This document shows, piece after piece, positions 24,235 to 34,249 of a stretch of DNA of 64,000 nt (the first letter of the stretch is position 1; every line of letters starts with the position of its first letter). The DNA is from Sulfolobaceae archaeon (lineage in GTDB: Archaea > Thermoproteota > Thermoprotei_A > Sulfolobales > Sulfolobaceae). The stretch spans positions 64,001-128,000 of the forward strand of contig JAWARQ010000001.1 of assembly GCA_038893355.1 (NCBI GenBank), given 5' to 3'. The notes under the pieces were generated by a model that worked only from the letters and a program-made list of their open reading frames with translations, ran no database searches and was not told the DNA's origin. A program made the translations under genes and the position numbers.

Positions 24235-24339
24235 TTACCATTCTTCTTCTAATTCTTCTTCTTCCCAATCCTCTTCCTCAAATTCCTCTTCTTCTAATTC
24301 TTCTTCTAACTCCTCCTCTTCCCAATCCTCTTCAAACAT
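24235..24339 (-). CDS. Unannotated 34-aa ultra-acidic peptide MFEEDWEEEELEEELEEEEFEEEDWEEEELEEEW
   Basis: Open ATG...TAA frame, AGGTG SD at 24348-24352, BRE/TATA (AGAAAATTATAAG) near 24375-24387, and mixed GAA/GAG codons. Confidence 0.7.
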   Translation of the reverse strand: MFEEDWEEEELEEELEEEEFEEEDWEEEELEEEW

Positions 24340-24529
24340 TACGCATGCACCTAACAACCCTTAAATTCCTAGTACTTATAATTTTCTATTCCTAAATTCA
24401 AGTTAATTATAATGAAGACTTTATCGTCAAGTTATACTTGATAATAATTTTTTTAAGATATTATTTATATCTTATAAAATATTATATCAAGTATTTTTAT
24501 ATAAATTTTATAATTATAGCATCATTTCC

Positions 24530-24700
24530 TATAAATTGGAAATGTTGAACGGTGAGATAAAGGAAACTTACATCGGCCCTTTAATTGGCGTCGTCGAGAC
24601 TTACATTAAATTGGAAAAATAGGAGCGGGGGTCTGGGGTTGTCCCCCAGTGAGGGTGTCCCCTCACAGCGGACCCGCCGGGATTCGAACCCGGGACCTTG
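24530..24700 (+). pseudogene. Decayed SSV-type integrase intN remnant at tRNA-Arg
   Basis: YKLEMLNGEIKETYIGPLIGVVETYIKLEK*...ADPPGFEPGT matches the SSV1 Int N-terminal pattern. It has two in-frame stops and two tandem GC hairpins. Confidence 0.8.
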
Positions 24701-24743
24701 GGCTCCGCAGGCCCACGCTCTATCCTGGCTGAGCTACGGGTCC
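24669..24743 (-). tRNA. tRNA-Arg (GCG)
   Basis: Cloverleaf GGACCCGTAGCTCAGCCAGGATAGAGC...CTGCGGA...GGTTCGAATCC...GGGTCCG. Confidence 0.95.
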
Positions 24744-24750
24744 CCTATTA

Positions 24751-26664
24751 CTACATCCTCTGAAGGGGTTTTATTCCTAACACTTTTAATCCATTACGTA
24801 AAACTATTTCTACTCCCTTAACTATATGTAATCTTAATTGCCTCTTTGAATTATCTGGTTCTTGTAAGACTCTTTCCTTATCATACCAGCGGTTAAAAAT
24901 ATCAGCAATATTTCTCAGGTAGGAAATAAGATCTTCTGGCCTTAATTCATCAGCAACCTTCTCAAAAACTTCAGGAAATTTAGCTATTTCGATTAGTATC
25001 TTTCTCTTTTCACCTACCAAATCATTAAAATCAACTAAATTTAATTCCAATTTTTCATTGGACTTCGAAAGGATATTATATGCTCTGGCATAAGTATACT
25101 GTAGATATGGCCCACTACTTTGTGATAGGTCTAGAGACGTTTCAACACTGAATGATACCGGCTTATTAGCGGAAACTTGCAATATCGAGTACCTAATAGC
25201 AGAGCTTATTATATGATCAATAATATCACTACTACTCTCTTTATTTATCTTAGTAGTAGCAACTATCTTATATTTATCGTATAATTCATCTAAAGATAAG
25301 TATCTTCCCCTTCGCCCACTCATTTTATATCCTTGTAAACTTACCATCCCATAAGAATAATGTATTAGATTCGAAGCAAATTCTGGATAACCTAGCAAAT
25401 ATAGAGCTGCCCTAAGCTGTATTTGGGGAATATATTGTTGTTCCGCTATTACATTAATAACAACATCTGCCCCATATTTTTTAAACTTGTACAATGTATA
25501 TGCTATATCCCTAACGGTATATAGAGTAGAACCATCTGATCTAAATACTATGAGGGGCGGCACTTCTAACCCTTTAGGTATTCTTAATCTTTCTCTTATC
25601 TCCTCGTCCAGAAAATCGTTTAAGTTTAATGCTAATGTTCCTTTATATTCAATCTTTATTAATGAATTCTTTATCCTATCTAAAACTTCATTCATATATT
25701 CACTCCATACGACTTCGCTTTCATAATCCATTCCATCAAAAGATATGTCAAGCTTAGAGAGACTTTCTAAGAAACCTCTTAAAATTAAATCCACATACTT
25801 TCTTACAATTTTAATAATTCCTTCATTCTTATTTTCGTATAATCTCATAATTTCAGAAATTTCCTCTTCAGCACGATCTCCTCTTATATTTAACTCTTCA
25901 GCCAATTTATCAAATATCTGTGGATCTCTATCTCTTAGTTCTTTTGCAATTACAACTAATTCGTCTAACTTTCCTTGTAATTCCTTAAACTTCTCATTTA
26001 TCTCATTCATTTTTTCTAACTGCTTTTTAATATTCCTGACCTCAAGAAGAACATTTATTATTGCATAAACTAGACCTAACCAATGATCAACCTTAATATT
26101 ACTTGGTGGATCTGGATATCCCAAAAGTTTTAACGCATATATTAAAATTGCTACTTGCCTACCTACATCATTAACATAAAATCTGATAATAACATTATGA
26201 CCCCTATACTTTAGCAATCTAGCAATAGTATCACCTAGCACTGCATTTCTTAAATGACCTAAGTGAAGAGGATGGACAGGATTTGCACTAGTATGCTCTA
26301 CAATATATTTTTTTGGTTTATCAGTCTTATTAATTCCATAATTTTCATTAATATTTGAATAAATATAAAGAAATAACTCTTTTTCATTTATTATAGAATT
26401 TATAAAAATATCTTTAATATCTATTTTTTTAATAAATTTAGTTTTAATAGTTTTTAGTAATTCTAAATTTAAAATATCTTTTTTACCTAATTTTGGAATT
26501 GGTAAAGCTAAATCTCCAAAGGTTTCGTCAGGAGGATATTCTATTAATTTAATTATTGTTTCGCTTTTAACTCCAAATCTATTTGAAATTGCTTCAGCAA
26601 AATCTCTCTTAACTTCCAGTATAGGATTCAAAGTGTTCAATTCACCTAAATTCTTTTTAACCAT
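24751..26664 (-). CDS. argS: Arginyl-tRNA synthetase
   Basis: EHTSANPVHPLHLGHLRN, MSGRRG, GPYLQYTYAR and a C-terminal RM. The true start may be a TTG slightly downstream. Confidence 0.96.
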   Translation of the reverse strand: MVKKNLGELNTLNPILEVKRDFAEAISNRFGVKSETIIKLIEYPPDETFGDLALPIPKLGKKDILNLELLKTIKTKFIKKIDIKDIFINSIINEKELFLYIYSNINENYGINKTDKPKKYIVEHTSANPVHPLHLGHLRNAVLGDTIARLLKYRGHNVIIRFYVNDVGRQVAILIYALKLLGYPDPPSNIKVDHWLGLVYAIINVLLEVRNIKKQLEKMNEINEKFKELQGKLDELVVIAKELRDRDPQIFDKLAEELNIRGDRAEEEISEIMRLYENKNEGIIKIVRKYVDLILRGFLESLSKLDISFDGMDYESEVVWSEYMNEVLDRIKNSLIKIEYKGTLALNLNDFLDEEIRERLRIPKGLEVPPLIVFRSDGSTLYTVRDIAYTLYKFKKYGADVVINVIAEQQYIPQIQLRAALYLLGYPEFASNLIHYSYGMVSLQGYKMSGRRGRYLSLDELYDKYKIVATTKINKESSSDIIDHIISSAIRYSILQVSANKPVSFSVETSLDLSQSSGPYLQYTYARAYNILSKSNEKLELNLVDFNDLVGEKRKILIEIAKFPEVFEKVADELRPEDLISYLRNIADIFNRWYDKERVLQEPDNSKRQLRLHIVKGVEIVLRNGLKVLGIKPLQRM

Positions 26665-26686
26665 ATCCTTTTAAAGCTAAGATTAC

Positions 26687-26881
26687 ATGAAGAAAGTAAA
26701 CATCTTAGTTATTGAGGATTACTTAAGGAGTATATCTGATGAGGAGATAAAAAGTATATTAGAAAAAATTAAAGCAGATAAGATTATAATTTCTAAACTC
26801 CATATACCATCATGGTCTGAGGAGGATAGTGAACAAATCACGGGTGTTTACGTTTTAGAAGAAGAATTAATCAGCACCTAA
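26687..26881 (+). CDS. Small hypothetical protein
   Basis: ATG-initiated 64-aa ORF divergent from argS. Confidence 0.5.
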   Translation: MKKVNILVIEDYLRSISDEEIKSILEKIKADKIIISKLHIPSWSEEDSEQITGVYVLEEELIST

Positions 26882-27187
26882 TTTTGCATATTTACCGTCC
26901 TCTAATAACATTACAGAACCCTTTTCCGCTAAATCTGCAAGAGCCCTCCTAATTTTATCCTCACTTGCTATACCTGAAAGCATACTATGTAATTCTTTTA
27001 AACTCATAGGTTTTTCTTCAAGCAAATCAAGTAATATTTGTTTTAATTCTTCTTCATTAGGTGCCGTCATAACCACAACTTCCTTATCAGAATAAATAAC
27101 CTTTAACTTCTTTTCTACTGGCGTAAAACTTTCATTTTCATCCTTGAGTTGTGCTCTCTTCCTTTTCTTACCCTGTGGATTAGACAT
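26867..27187 (-). CDS. Small winged-helix DNA-binding protein
   Basis: PMSLKELH..SEDKIRRAL..L wHTH pattern and GGGAGTG SD. Confidence 0.7.
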   Translation of the reverse strand: MSNPQGKKRKRAQLKDENESFTPVEKKLKVIYSDKEVVVMTAPNEEELKQILLDLLEEKPMSLKELHSMLSGIASEDKIRRALADLAEKGSVMLLEDGKYAKLGAD

Positions 27188-27388
27188 AATATTTACACTC
27201 CCTAATTAATCTTATAATTACAAATATTTTTAAGCATTAATGAGTAGTATCATATATATTCATGAAATTTTGTTAAATTAGTTTTTTTCATAATTATAAT
27301 TTTAATTAAAGATATATCTATTTCATACATCCAATTAAAAGGAGTTCTTTTATAGGACTTCTAACTTTTAATTCATAGGAGGACACGT

Positions 27389-27751
27389 GTGAGCAGTGCC
27401 CCTGATTTCTTAAGACATATCGTAAGTAAGATATTAACACCGAATTCAATGGATATAAAACGATTAGAAGATGCTAGAAGATTACTTGCAAAAGCTGAAG
27501 CAAAATATAAATTTTCCTCCTATGGAGGAGATCCATCTAAACTTGCAGATTATTTAAAGAGTCCAGATTTTATTGAGCTAGTAATAGTCATAGGAATAGA
27601 TTTGGCAGAAAAGCTTTTACTTACAATTATGAATACATACAAAGATGAAAAAATATTAAGTACTGTAAAAAAAGTTCTTGAAGAGCTTAAAGGATTTGAG
27701 AATACTTCAGAGGAATCCTCAACATTAATTGTATATAATAAAAAATATTAA
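27389..27751 (+). CDS. Conserved hypothetical protein
   Basis: 120-aa ORF with an AGGAGG SD. Confidence 0.7.
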   Translation: MSSAPDFLRHIVSKILTPNSMDIKRLEDARRLLAKAEAKYKFSSYGGDPSKLADYLKSPDFIELVIVIGIDLAEKLLLTIMNTYKDEKILSTVKKVLEELKGFENTSEESSTLIVYNKKY

Positions 27752-27757
27752 TTAATT

Positions 27758-29461
27758 TTAATCAAGCGATGGTGAAGTTCCTCCTCCTTCTCCAGTTCCT
27801 GGCTTACTTTCTTCTTCTCCTCCCTTCTTCTCCTTACCCTTTTCAGACTTTAATGGAGATGCTGCAATTAAGTCATCAATCTTCAATATCGCAGTAGCAG
27901 CTTCAGTAGCACTCTTTAAAACTTGAGCCTTAACTCTAATTGGCTCAATCACATTCAGGCTAAGCATATCATCAACGATTCTTCCATTTACTACATCCAC
28001 ACCAGCATTAACTAATCCTTTAGCATGTCTAGCTCTTAAATCCATTAATGATGCAATTGGCTCTAATCCTGCAGTACTGGCTAATATCATTGGTATTTCT
28101 TCTAAAGCATTTGCAAAGGCTTCTATAGCTAATTGCTCCTTACCACCAACAGTTCTCGCATATTCTCTTAATCTTATTGCTAATTCTTCCTCAATTGCAC
28201 CTCCACCTGGGACTATCATTGGCTCCATTAGTATGTTTCTTAGCGAATGTAAAGCATCATTAATACTTCTTTCAGCCTCATCTAATGCCATATCATTTGA
28301 GCCTCTTAATAATATATTAACAGCCCTTGGATTCTTAGCGCCTTCAATAAACACCATTTTATCATTACCGACTCTTCTTTCCTCAACTAGTTCGGCATAT
28401 CCTAAATCTTCAGGAGTTGCATCCTTTATACTACTTATTATTCTAGCACCTAGTGCCTTTTCTAGCTTCTCGATATCACTTCTCTTTACTCTTCTAACTG
28501 CAAGAATTCCCTTCTTAGCTAAGAAGTGTTGCGCTACATCATCAATACCTTTTTGACATATTACTACATTAGCACCTATACTAGCTAATTTATCAACCAT
28601 TTCCTTAAGATATTTAGCCTCTTCATCTAAGAATGCCTTTATTTGCTCTGGACTAGTTATACTTATTTTTGCAGAGATCTCTGGCTTTTCTACCTCGAGT
28701 GCAGCATCTAATACAGCAATCTTAGCCTTTTCTACTCTCCTCGGCATTCCAGCATGTACAACTTCTTTATCTAAAACTAAACCATGCACTAAGATACTAT
28801 CTTCAATACTTCCTCCTTTCTTCTTATCAATCTTAACAAGTGATAAGTCTACATTATAACCTCCAGTAGGTAAAGGTTCTGCAACTTTAGTAACTGCATC
28901 TATTACTATATCTATTATTTTATTTAAACTTTCAGCACCTTCTGCAATAAACTTACTTGCTATTGTAGTATAAACAATCTTCCTTAACTCTGCTCTAGTA
29001 ACCGGGGAGTTTAAGTCTGATACATCAACTTTTTTACCTATTTGATATAAAATTTCTAATGCCTTATTTAGTGCTTTTTTATATCCTTCAATTATTATTA
29101 CTGGATGTATATTTTGATCTAGTAAACTATCCGCTTTATCTAATAGCAATCCTGCAAGAACTACTGCAGATGTAGTTCCATCCCCTACCTCAGCATCCTG
29201 AGCCTTTGCTGCCTCAACTAACAGCTTTGCTGCAGGGTGTTGTATCTCCATATCTTTTACAATTGTTGCACCATCATTAGTTATCGTTACATCACCAAAG
29301 CTATCAATTAGCATTTTGTCTAATCCTTTTGGACCGAGACTACTCTTTAACATTTCAGCTAGAGTTTTTGCTGCTAGTATGTTGTTCTTTAATGCATCCC
29401 TTCCAGTTGTTCTAGAAGTTCCTTCTTTAAATAATACTACAGGTAATCCAGCCCTAGCCAT
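27758..29461 (-). CDS. thsA: Thermosome alpha subunit
   Basis: [14 protein letters not shown] and GDGTT, with GGTGAAGG SD before the ATG at 29461. Confidence 0.93.
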   Translation of the reverse strand: MARAGLPVVLFKEGTSRTTGRDALKNNILAAKTLAEMLKSSLGPKGLDKMLIDSFGDVTITNDGATIVKDMEIQHPAAKLLVEAAKAQDAEVGDGTTSAVVLAGLLLDKADSLLDQNIHPVIIIEGYKKALNKALEILYQIGKKVDVSDLNSPVTRAELRKIVYTTIASKFIAEGAESLNKIIDIVIDAVTKVAEPLPTGGYNVDLSLVKIDKKKGGSIEDSILVHGLVLDKEVVHAGMPRRVEKAKIAVLDAALEVEKPEISAKISITSPEQIKAFLDEEAKYLKEMVDKLASIGANVVICQKGIDDVAQHFLAKKGILAVRRVKRSDIEKLEKALGARIISSIKDATPEDLGYAELVEERRVGNDKMVFIEGAKNPRAVNILLRGSNDMALDEAERSINDALHSLRNILMEPMIVPGGGAIEEELAIRLREYARTVGGKEQLAIEAFANALEEIPMILASTAGLEPIASLMDLRARHAKGLVNAGVDVVNGRIVDDMLSLNVIEPIRVKAQVLKSATEAATAILKIDDLIAASPLKSEKGKEKKGGEEESKPGTGEGGGTSPSLD

Positions 29462-29681
29462 ATTACCTTCACCAACGTTATGAGTCATTAATATTCGGTT
29501 ATATAAAAATTTTTCTATTATCGCTTTAGAGCAATCTGAACTATATCATAAACGTAGAAATAAACCTATTTACTAAATAAAATTAATTTAGAAATTGATT
29601 TATTACATGATAGAGAGCTATGTTTTTATTTTTATGATAAGGATAAGGATATTGATTAGGAAAGAAATAAAAGGGATAGTA

Positions 29682-30392
29682 ATGATTTGTATAAGATGTA
29701 ACAAAAGAGAAGCAGAAGTTATTATTGCAGGGAAAAAATTATGCGAATATTGTGCGAGAAATGAGATTATAAATAGATTAAGAAAAAATATTAATAAGTT
29801 AAACTCTAATAAGATAGTTTTAATTTATTATAAATTTAATTCTGATATAAATAAAATCTTAGAATCAACTGTTAAATATATTAATATCGATAAATATTAT
29901 TTTATGGAAACTTATAATAGAATCGATAAATATTTATGGAAACTTATAATAGAATCGATAAATATTTTAAAAAATAAAAATGATATAAAAATTATAACAC
30001 CATTTACTGCCGATTTCTTAGCGGCATATACAATTTATTCTGCAATAACTGGGGAGTTTAGATATTCACAATTTATAGATTATGAGGTTATAGTAAACGA
30101 AAAAATAAAATTATATCAACCATTTTATAATATAACCCTTTCTGAACTTAATGTAATTGAAGAAGTTAAGATTTTAAATACTGGAGATCTTTTATTCGAT
30201 AAAATTTACTCATGGATTTTATCTAACTTAAAAGATAGTGAAGAATTGCTTAGATCCTTTAGGAATTCCTCATTACTTATAAAGCCTTTTATTAGTAAAA
30301 AATGTAAAAAATGTGGAGCTAATATAAATGATATTAACTCTGAATACTGTGAGAATTGTACAACTCTTGTAACTTCTTTCTTTCAGAGCTAG
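29682..30392 (+). CDS. Hypothetical protein with N- and C-terminal CxxC Zn fingers (degenerate TtuA/Ncs-like architecture)
   Basis: MICIRC..LCEYC at the N-terminus and CKKC..CENC at the C-terminus. No PP-loop is recognisable. Confidence 0.55.
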   Translation: MICIRCNKREAEVIIAGKKLCEYCARNEIINRLRKNINKLNSNKIVLIYYKFNSDINKILESTVKYINIDKYYFMETYNRIDKYLWKLIIESINILKNKNDIKIITPFTADFLAAYTIYSAITGEFRYSQFIDYEVIVNEKIKLYQPFYNITLSELNVIEEVKILNTGDLLFDKIYSWILSNLKDSEELLRSFRNSSLLIKPFISKKCKKCGANINDINSEYCENCTTLVTSFFQS

Positions 30393-31155
30393 TAAGTATA
30401 ATCTCAAACACTAGGCCTTGGGGATTTTTTCTTAAATTGTTATATTCACTTGGTGAAATGATACCCTCTTCAGTATAATAGAAATGGCCACTTTTTACTA
30501 TTTCTAAGAAGCCATTAGGATTTAACTTCATATATTCCCTTAATAATTCTATTATATTTAATTCAGATTTTAAAATTTTCTCGCTCATTACATAATTACA
30601 AACTTTACAACTTAAATCTGGCATTATTGAGTAGAATTGGCATTTAGGGCATTTAATTGGGGATCTTATGCCATATAAGTTCCAATTATTTCTTAGTATA
30701 TCAATAAGGAAATCTTTATTCCTTTTTTTAAGTTCTGAATAAAGATTTCCAATAATATTCGGTAATCCTTTTTTAATATTATATACTATGAATTCCAATT
30801 GTTCGTCACTCATTCTCTCTATCGGTTTAATCATCAATAATTTCATAGCAAAATATTCATAAAGCGAATCTAAATTTGCCTGTAGCCTATTAATTATTGT
30901 CTTAGATTTAGGCTTAGTCTTTACTTCACCAACTGCATTTGAAAAAGGTTCTTTTAAAAGTTCTATGTATTCCTCTTTAGCCAAATTTAGATATGACAAA
31001 CCTAAGCCTAAAATTATCTCTTCTAAATATTCTTCTAATAGATTATCAGGATTTACATATTTTTCCCTACTCTTGCTTTTCCTTTTACCTACATTACTTT
31101 CGGTACTAATTGATTCTTTCTTTTGTTCAACCTTAGTACTCTTTCTTCTCGGCAC
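30334..31155 (-). CDS. Conserved hypothetical protein with basic N-tail and Zn ribbon
   Basis: 273-aa ORF with CPKC..CKVC. Confidence 0.75.
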   Translation of the reverse strand: MPRRKSTKVEQKKESISTESNVGKRKSKSREKYVNPDNLLEEYLEEIILGLGLSYLNLAKEEYIELLKEPFSNAVGEVKTKPKSKTIINRLQANLDSLYEYFAMKLLMIKPIERMSDEQLEFIVYNIKKGLPNIIGNLYSELKKRNKDFLIDILRNNWNLYGIRSPIKCPKCQFYSIMPDLSCKVCNYVMSEKILKSELNIIELLREYMKLNPNGFLEIVKSGHFYYTEEGIISPSEYNNLRKNPQGLVFEIILTSSERKKLQELYNSHSIQS

Positions 31156-31187
31156 TATAATTTATTTATTTTTAAATTATTAAAAAG

Positions 31188-31526
31188 CTAGACATATTGT
31201 GCTAGGTCTTGGAAATCTAGTGGTAACATTCTCTTCTTATCTACTATTTCTTGATACTTTTTCTCTAAAAATGAAATAAATACGTTACAAGTCTCATATT
31301 TACCATCTCTATTACATTTCTCACCCAGTTGTAAAAAACACTTAGTAGTCTTTTTATCGAAATAAGGGCAAAGTTTATAATATGTTTTTGCACTCTTAAT
31401 CATCTTTTCAACCCATTGTTTCTTCTGATCCTTTTTTTCTGCCTCCTTTTCTGCCTTAGCTAAAACCTTATTCATCTCTTCTTCAGATATTCTAACAGAT
31501 CTATTCTTAGTAGACATTAACATCAC
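31188..31526 (-). CDS. Conserved hypothetical protein (four Cys)
   Basis: 112-aa ORF with CPYFD..C..C..C. AGGTGA overlaps the tracked GTG start, so a downstream ATG may be used. Confidence 0.75.
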   Translation of the reverse strand: MMLMSTKNRSVRISEEEMNKVLAKAEKEAEKKDQKKQWVEKMIKSAKTYYKLCPYFDKKTTKCFLQLGEKCNRDGKYETCNVFISFLEKKYQEIVDKKRMLPLDFQDLAQYV

Positions 31527-31717
31527 CTTATAAACTATTATAAGTGTTAGTAGTAACTATTAAAACATTTACTACTATTTCTAGATTTTCCTTTTTTGGT
31601 ATCACTGTATTTCTTAGTTTGTATAATTTGAGCCATAAGAAGGCTTATTTAAAACTTAAAATTAAAATAGTAAGCAACACTAAACTAAATTTTCCAGTAA
31701 AATGGGTAGTAGAAGAA
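31527..31717. other. AT-rich intergenic region beside whiP, possible part of replication origin oriC3
   Basis: oriC3 of Sulfolobales is known to be whiP-associated. The exact origin position cannot be determined from sequence alone. Confidence 0.35.
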
Positions 31718-32446
31718 TTAACAGTTAAGGAGGACTTTAAATTGTTGTGAGAAACCTACCCTTAACCCCAACTTAGGGTCTTGATATAAGTAAATTATTT
31801 TTTTAGTTTGTAAGTTTCTTAAAACTCTAAATAACCAACCCATGTCTGCGTTTCTTAACTCCTCTTGAAGTTGGTCTATATACATGTATGTCGAATTCCA
31901 TTGTTTATATCTGCTTATTAACAATTCAACTACCTCTCTCTCGTCATCATCTAATTTATTTAAAATGTCCTTGACACAATCTTCTGGATCTTTCTTTTGT
32001 TGTTTTTTGAAATCGTTACTAGTTTTTAAGTCAAAAAACAACAAAACTTCTTTTTCACTTTTGCCCTCTTTTTCTATTCTTTTGTTGTTTTTTGACTGTT
32101 TAACATGTTCACTCAAAATTTGTTTTGCTATACCTAACATTTCTTTGAATCGCGAATTTGTAAATGAGTCTAAAATTTCTCTGGCTAAATTTTCTCCTGC
32201 TGCAGTTAGATACCATCTCCCGCCTTCTTGGTAAACAAGCCCCTTTTTCTTCCAATAACTTAGATAACTACTGATGTATTTAGTATCATAACCTAGATTA
32301 TTAGCTATCTCGCTAGTGCGTAATGGTTTAGAAAGCAAGAGTACTAGGATAGACTCTACTAATTTGGATCTTGGCGAACCGCTTAGCCTTAGATTATCAG
32401 TTAATTTTTCGGTGATAATTCTAAAGCTATTATCTTCTTCCATCAT
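31718..32446 (-). CDS. whiP: Replication initiator WhiP (winged-helix initiator protein)
   Basis: Two wHTH domains ([21 protein letters not shown]; LRNLQTK..IYLYQD) and synteny between thsA and argF. Confidence 0.85.
   Translation of the reverse strand: MMEEDNSFRIITEKLTDNLRLSGSPRSKLVESILVLLLSKPLRTSEIANNLGYDTKYISSYLSYWKKKGLVYQEGGRWYLTAAGENLAREILDSFTNSRFKEMLGIAKQILSEHVKQSKNNKRIEKEGKSEKEVLLFFDLKTSNDFKKQQKKDPEDCVKDILNKLDDDEREVVELLISRYKQWNSTYMYIDQLQEELRNADMGWLFRVLRNLQTKKIIYLYQDPKLGLRVGFSQQFKVLLNC
31992..32095. repeat. Three copies of TTTTGTTGTTTTTTGA (two direct, one inverted) inside whiP
   Basis: Direct copies at 31995-32010 and 32080-32095 (19 bp identical including TTC). Inverted copy at 32031-32046. 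Confidence 0.9.
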
Positions 32447-32526
32447 AAATATAGTCTTTATTTATTATTATACAAGTTATTAATGTGAAAAGGAGTATAC
32501 TTAAAGATTTTCTTAGCAGAGTATTA

Positions 32527-33606
32527 CTAACAAGTCCTTATCCCATAGAACTTATTATAACCTACTATGACCTTATAAATTCCTGAAAATTTCATATCAA
32601 GTTCTGCATCGCCGGTATCAATCCTTAAACAATTAAATGTACTAATTTTCTCAATTGTAGAAACTACTATTATATCTTTTTTATCAATCCTTTTCAAAAC
32701 TTCTGGACCTATTTCTTGATTTCCTCTGCCAATTAAGAAGCCTTGCTTTCCTATTGGTGATAGTATAATTTTAAGCTTGTCGAGTTTAAGGAGATCATAA
32801 TAATTGGCATCTCTGAAAATTATTTTTTTATTCTTTAATACATTTATTGATATGTAATTAACTTTATAACCTAATTTATTTAATATATATTTTACAGTAC
32901 TTCCTGGACCGAACACAAAGTAATATTCTTCATCCTTCTCAAGAATTTGCTCAATTACAAAATCTGCTATTTCGTCTAGGCTTTCTGTACTGGATACTAC
33001 TTCTTGCTTAGTTGGGGTAAGAAATTCACCAAATGAAATAGTTGGTAAATAACCATATAATTTTAACTCGAATTTCCCTGACCTCAATAAATCTTCATCT
33101 ACGTCGATAATTTCAGCCTTTTCGATTTTAGCTCTACCCTTCAAAAATTCGTTAACTAAAATTGCAGCAGCTTCAGGCGTGTTTGCAAAGATTCCGCTAT
33201 ACATTTTTACACCAGCTGGTATGCCTAAAACTGGTAAATTGCTTTCTCCACCCAATCCTTCTAAGAGATCTCTTGCAGTACCGTCTCCTCCTACAAAAAT
33301 TAACAGTTCGATTCCTTCATTTTTAATCATTTTTGCCGCATTTATTGTGTCTATTCTTGATGTAGGTACATTCGATCCAATATCTATTACTGAGTAATAA
33401 AATTCAAATTCTTTAAGATAGATTTCTCCCATCTTAAACCGGGGAGTTATGAAATATATTTCTTCTTTACAACATAACTTTCTAAGAAATCTCCTAATTC
33501 GAAGGGGCAATTCTGGGTTTTCTATTTTAAACTTATCACTACCTTTTAAACCTATTCTACCGCCAGCACCGGCATAAGGATTTACTATTAGTCCAAACTT
33601 TTTCAT
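32527..33606 (-). CDS. ATP-NAD kinase family protein
   Basis: NPYAGAGG..GLKGSD, GGDGT, GVKMYSG and GRGNQ. Confidence 0.85.
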   Translation of the reverse strand: MKKFGLIVNPYAGAGGRIGLKGSDKFKIENPELPLRIRRFLRKLCCKEEIYFITPRFKMGEIYLKEFEFYYSVIDIGSNVPTSRIDTINAAKMIKNEGIELLIFVGGDGTARDLLEGLGGESNLPVLGIPAGVKMYSGIFANTPEAAAILVNEFLKGRAKIEKAEIIDVDEDLLRSGKFELKLYGYLPTISFGEFLTPTKQEVVSSTESLDEIADFVIEQILEKDEEYYFVFGPGSTVKYILNKLGYKVNYISINVLKNKKIIFRDANYYDLLKLDKLKIILSPIGKQGFLIGRGNQEIGPEVLKRIDKKDIIVVSTIEKISTFNCLRIDTGDAELDMKFSGIYKVIVGYNKFYGIRTC

Positions 33607-34220
33607 AGTTTTAAGATCTCTAACGCTACTTTATATGCAATGAGCTTATTTGCTGGTACTAAATATATGATAAGATCAGTATTTTCACAATGTAATTCCC
33701 TACATATTCCTTCAAGTTCTAATAATAAGTCCATGATTTCCTCTTTTTTAAATGGTGGTATTTCTACTTCTCCATTTTCCATAACTCTTGCTATAAGTAC
33801 CTTGTCTGCACCGAATTTAATTATTTGATCTCTAAGATTAATTAATCCTATATTATTTAAAATATAAGATTTTTTCTTTAAAAGTATTAAGTTCCCCTCC
33901 CATTTTATAGATTTCAGATCTTTTTCTACTATCTTAAAATTAGATTTTATATAGTTTAATAATTCTATACCTTTCTCAGAGAGTCTTGCACCACCTATTC
34001 TATCTACTTCAATTATCTGTTCCTTTCTAAGTCTTTTTAAGAGAGTCTTTACTGTAGCTTCCGTTAAATTTAATCTTTTCATTATAGATATCCTTCCTAA
34101 GGGTTGCTCAGTTGATAATAGATCGAGTAATAATAGGACGTGTTGTTTCTCAAAGTTTGGTTTATTACCTTGCTTTGGTGCAGCGAGTATCTCTAGAAGC
34201 TTTAAATAATCCATATACAT
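33603..34220 (-). CDS. wHTH-containing putative regulator
   Basis: PLGRISI..L.LTEATVKTLLKRL..GARLSEKG. Confidence 0.7.
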   Translation of the reverse strand: MYMDYLKLLEILAAPKQGNKPNFEKQHVLLLLDLLSTEQPLGRISIMKRLNLTEATVKTLLKRLRKEQIIEVDRIGGARLSEKGIELLNYIKSNFKIVEKDLKSIKWEGNLILLKKKSYILNNIGLINLRDQIIKFGADKVLIARVMENGEVEIPPFKKEEIMDLLLELEGICRELHCENTDLIIYLVPANKLIAYKVALEILKL

Positions 34221-34249
34221 ATATTTGACATTAAAAATTAATTAAAAGT

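Noticed and set aside
24585-24821. 78-aa ORF spanning tRNA-Arg
   Set aside because: It is the wrong frame of the intN remnant plus tRNA antisense; the integrase-like residues are in another frame.
29886-29966. Possible mini-CRISPR from the ~32-bp repeats
   Set aside because: The copies are directly adjacent with no spacers, lie inside a CDS, and no cas genes are present.
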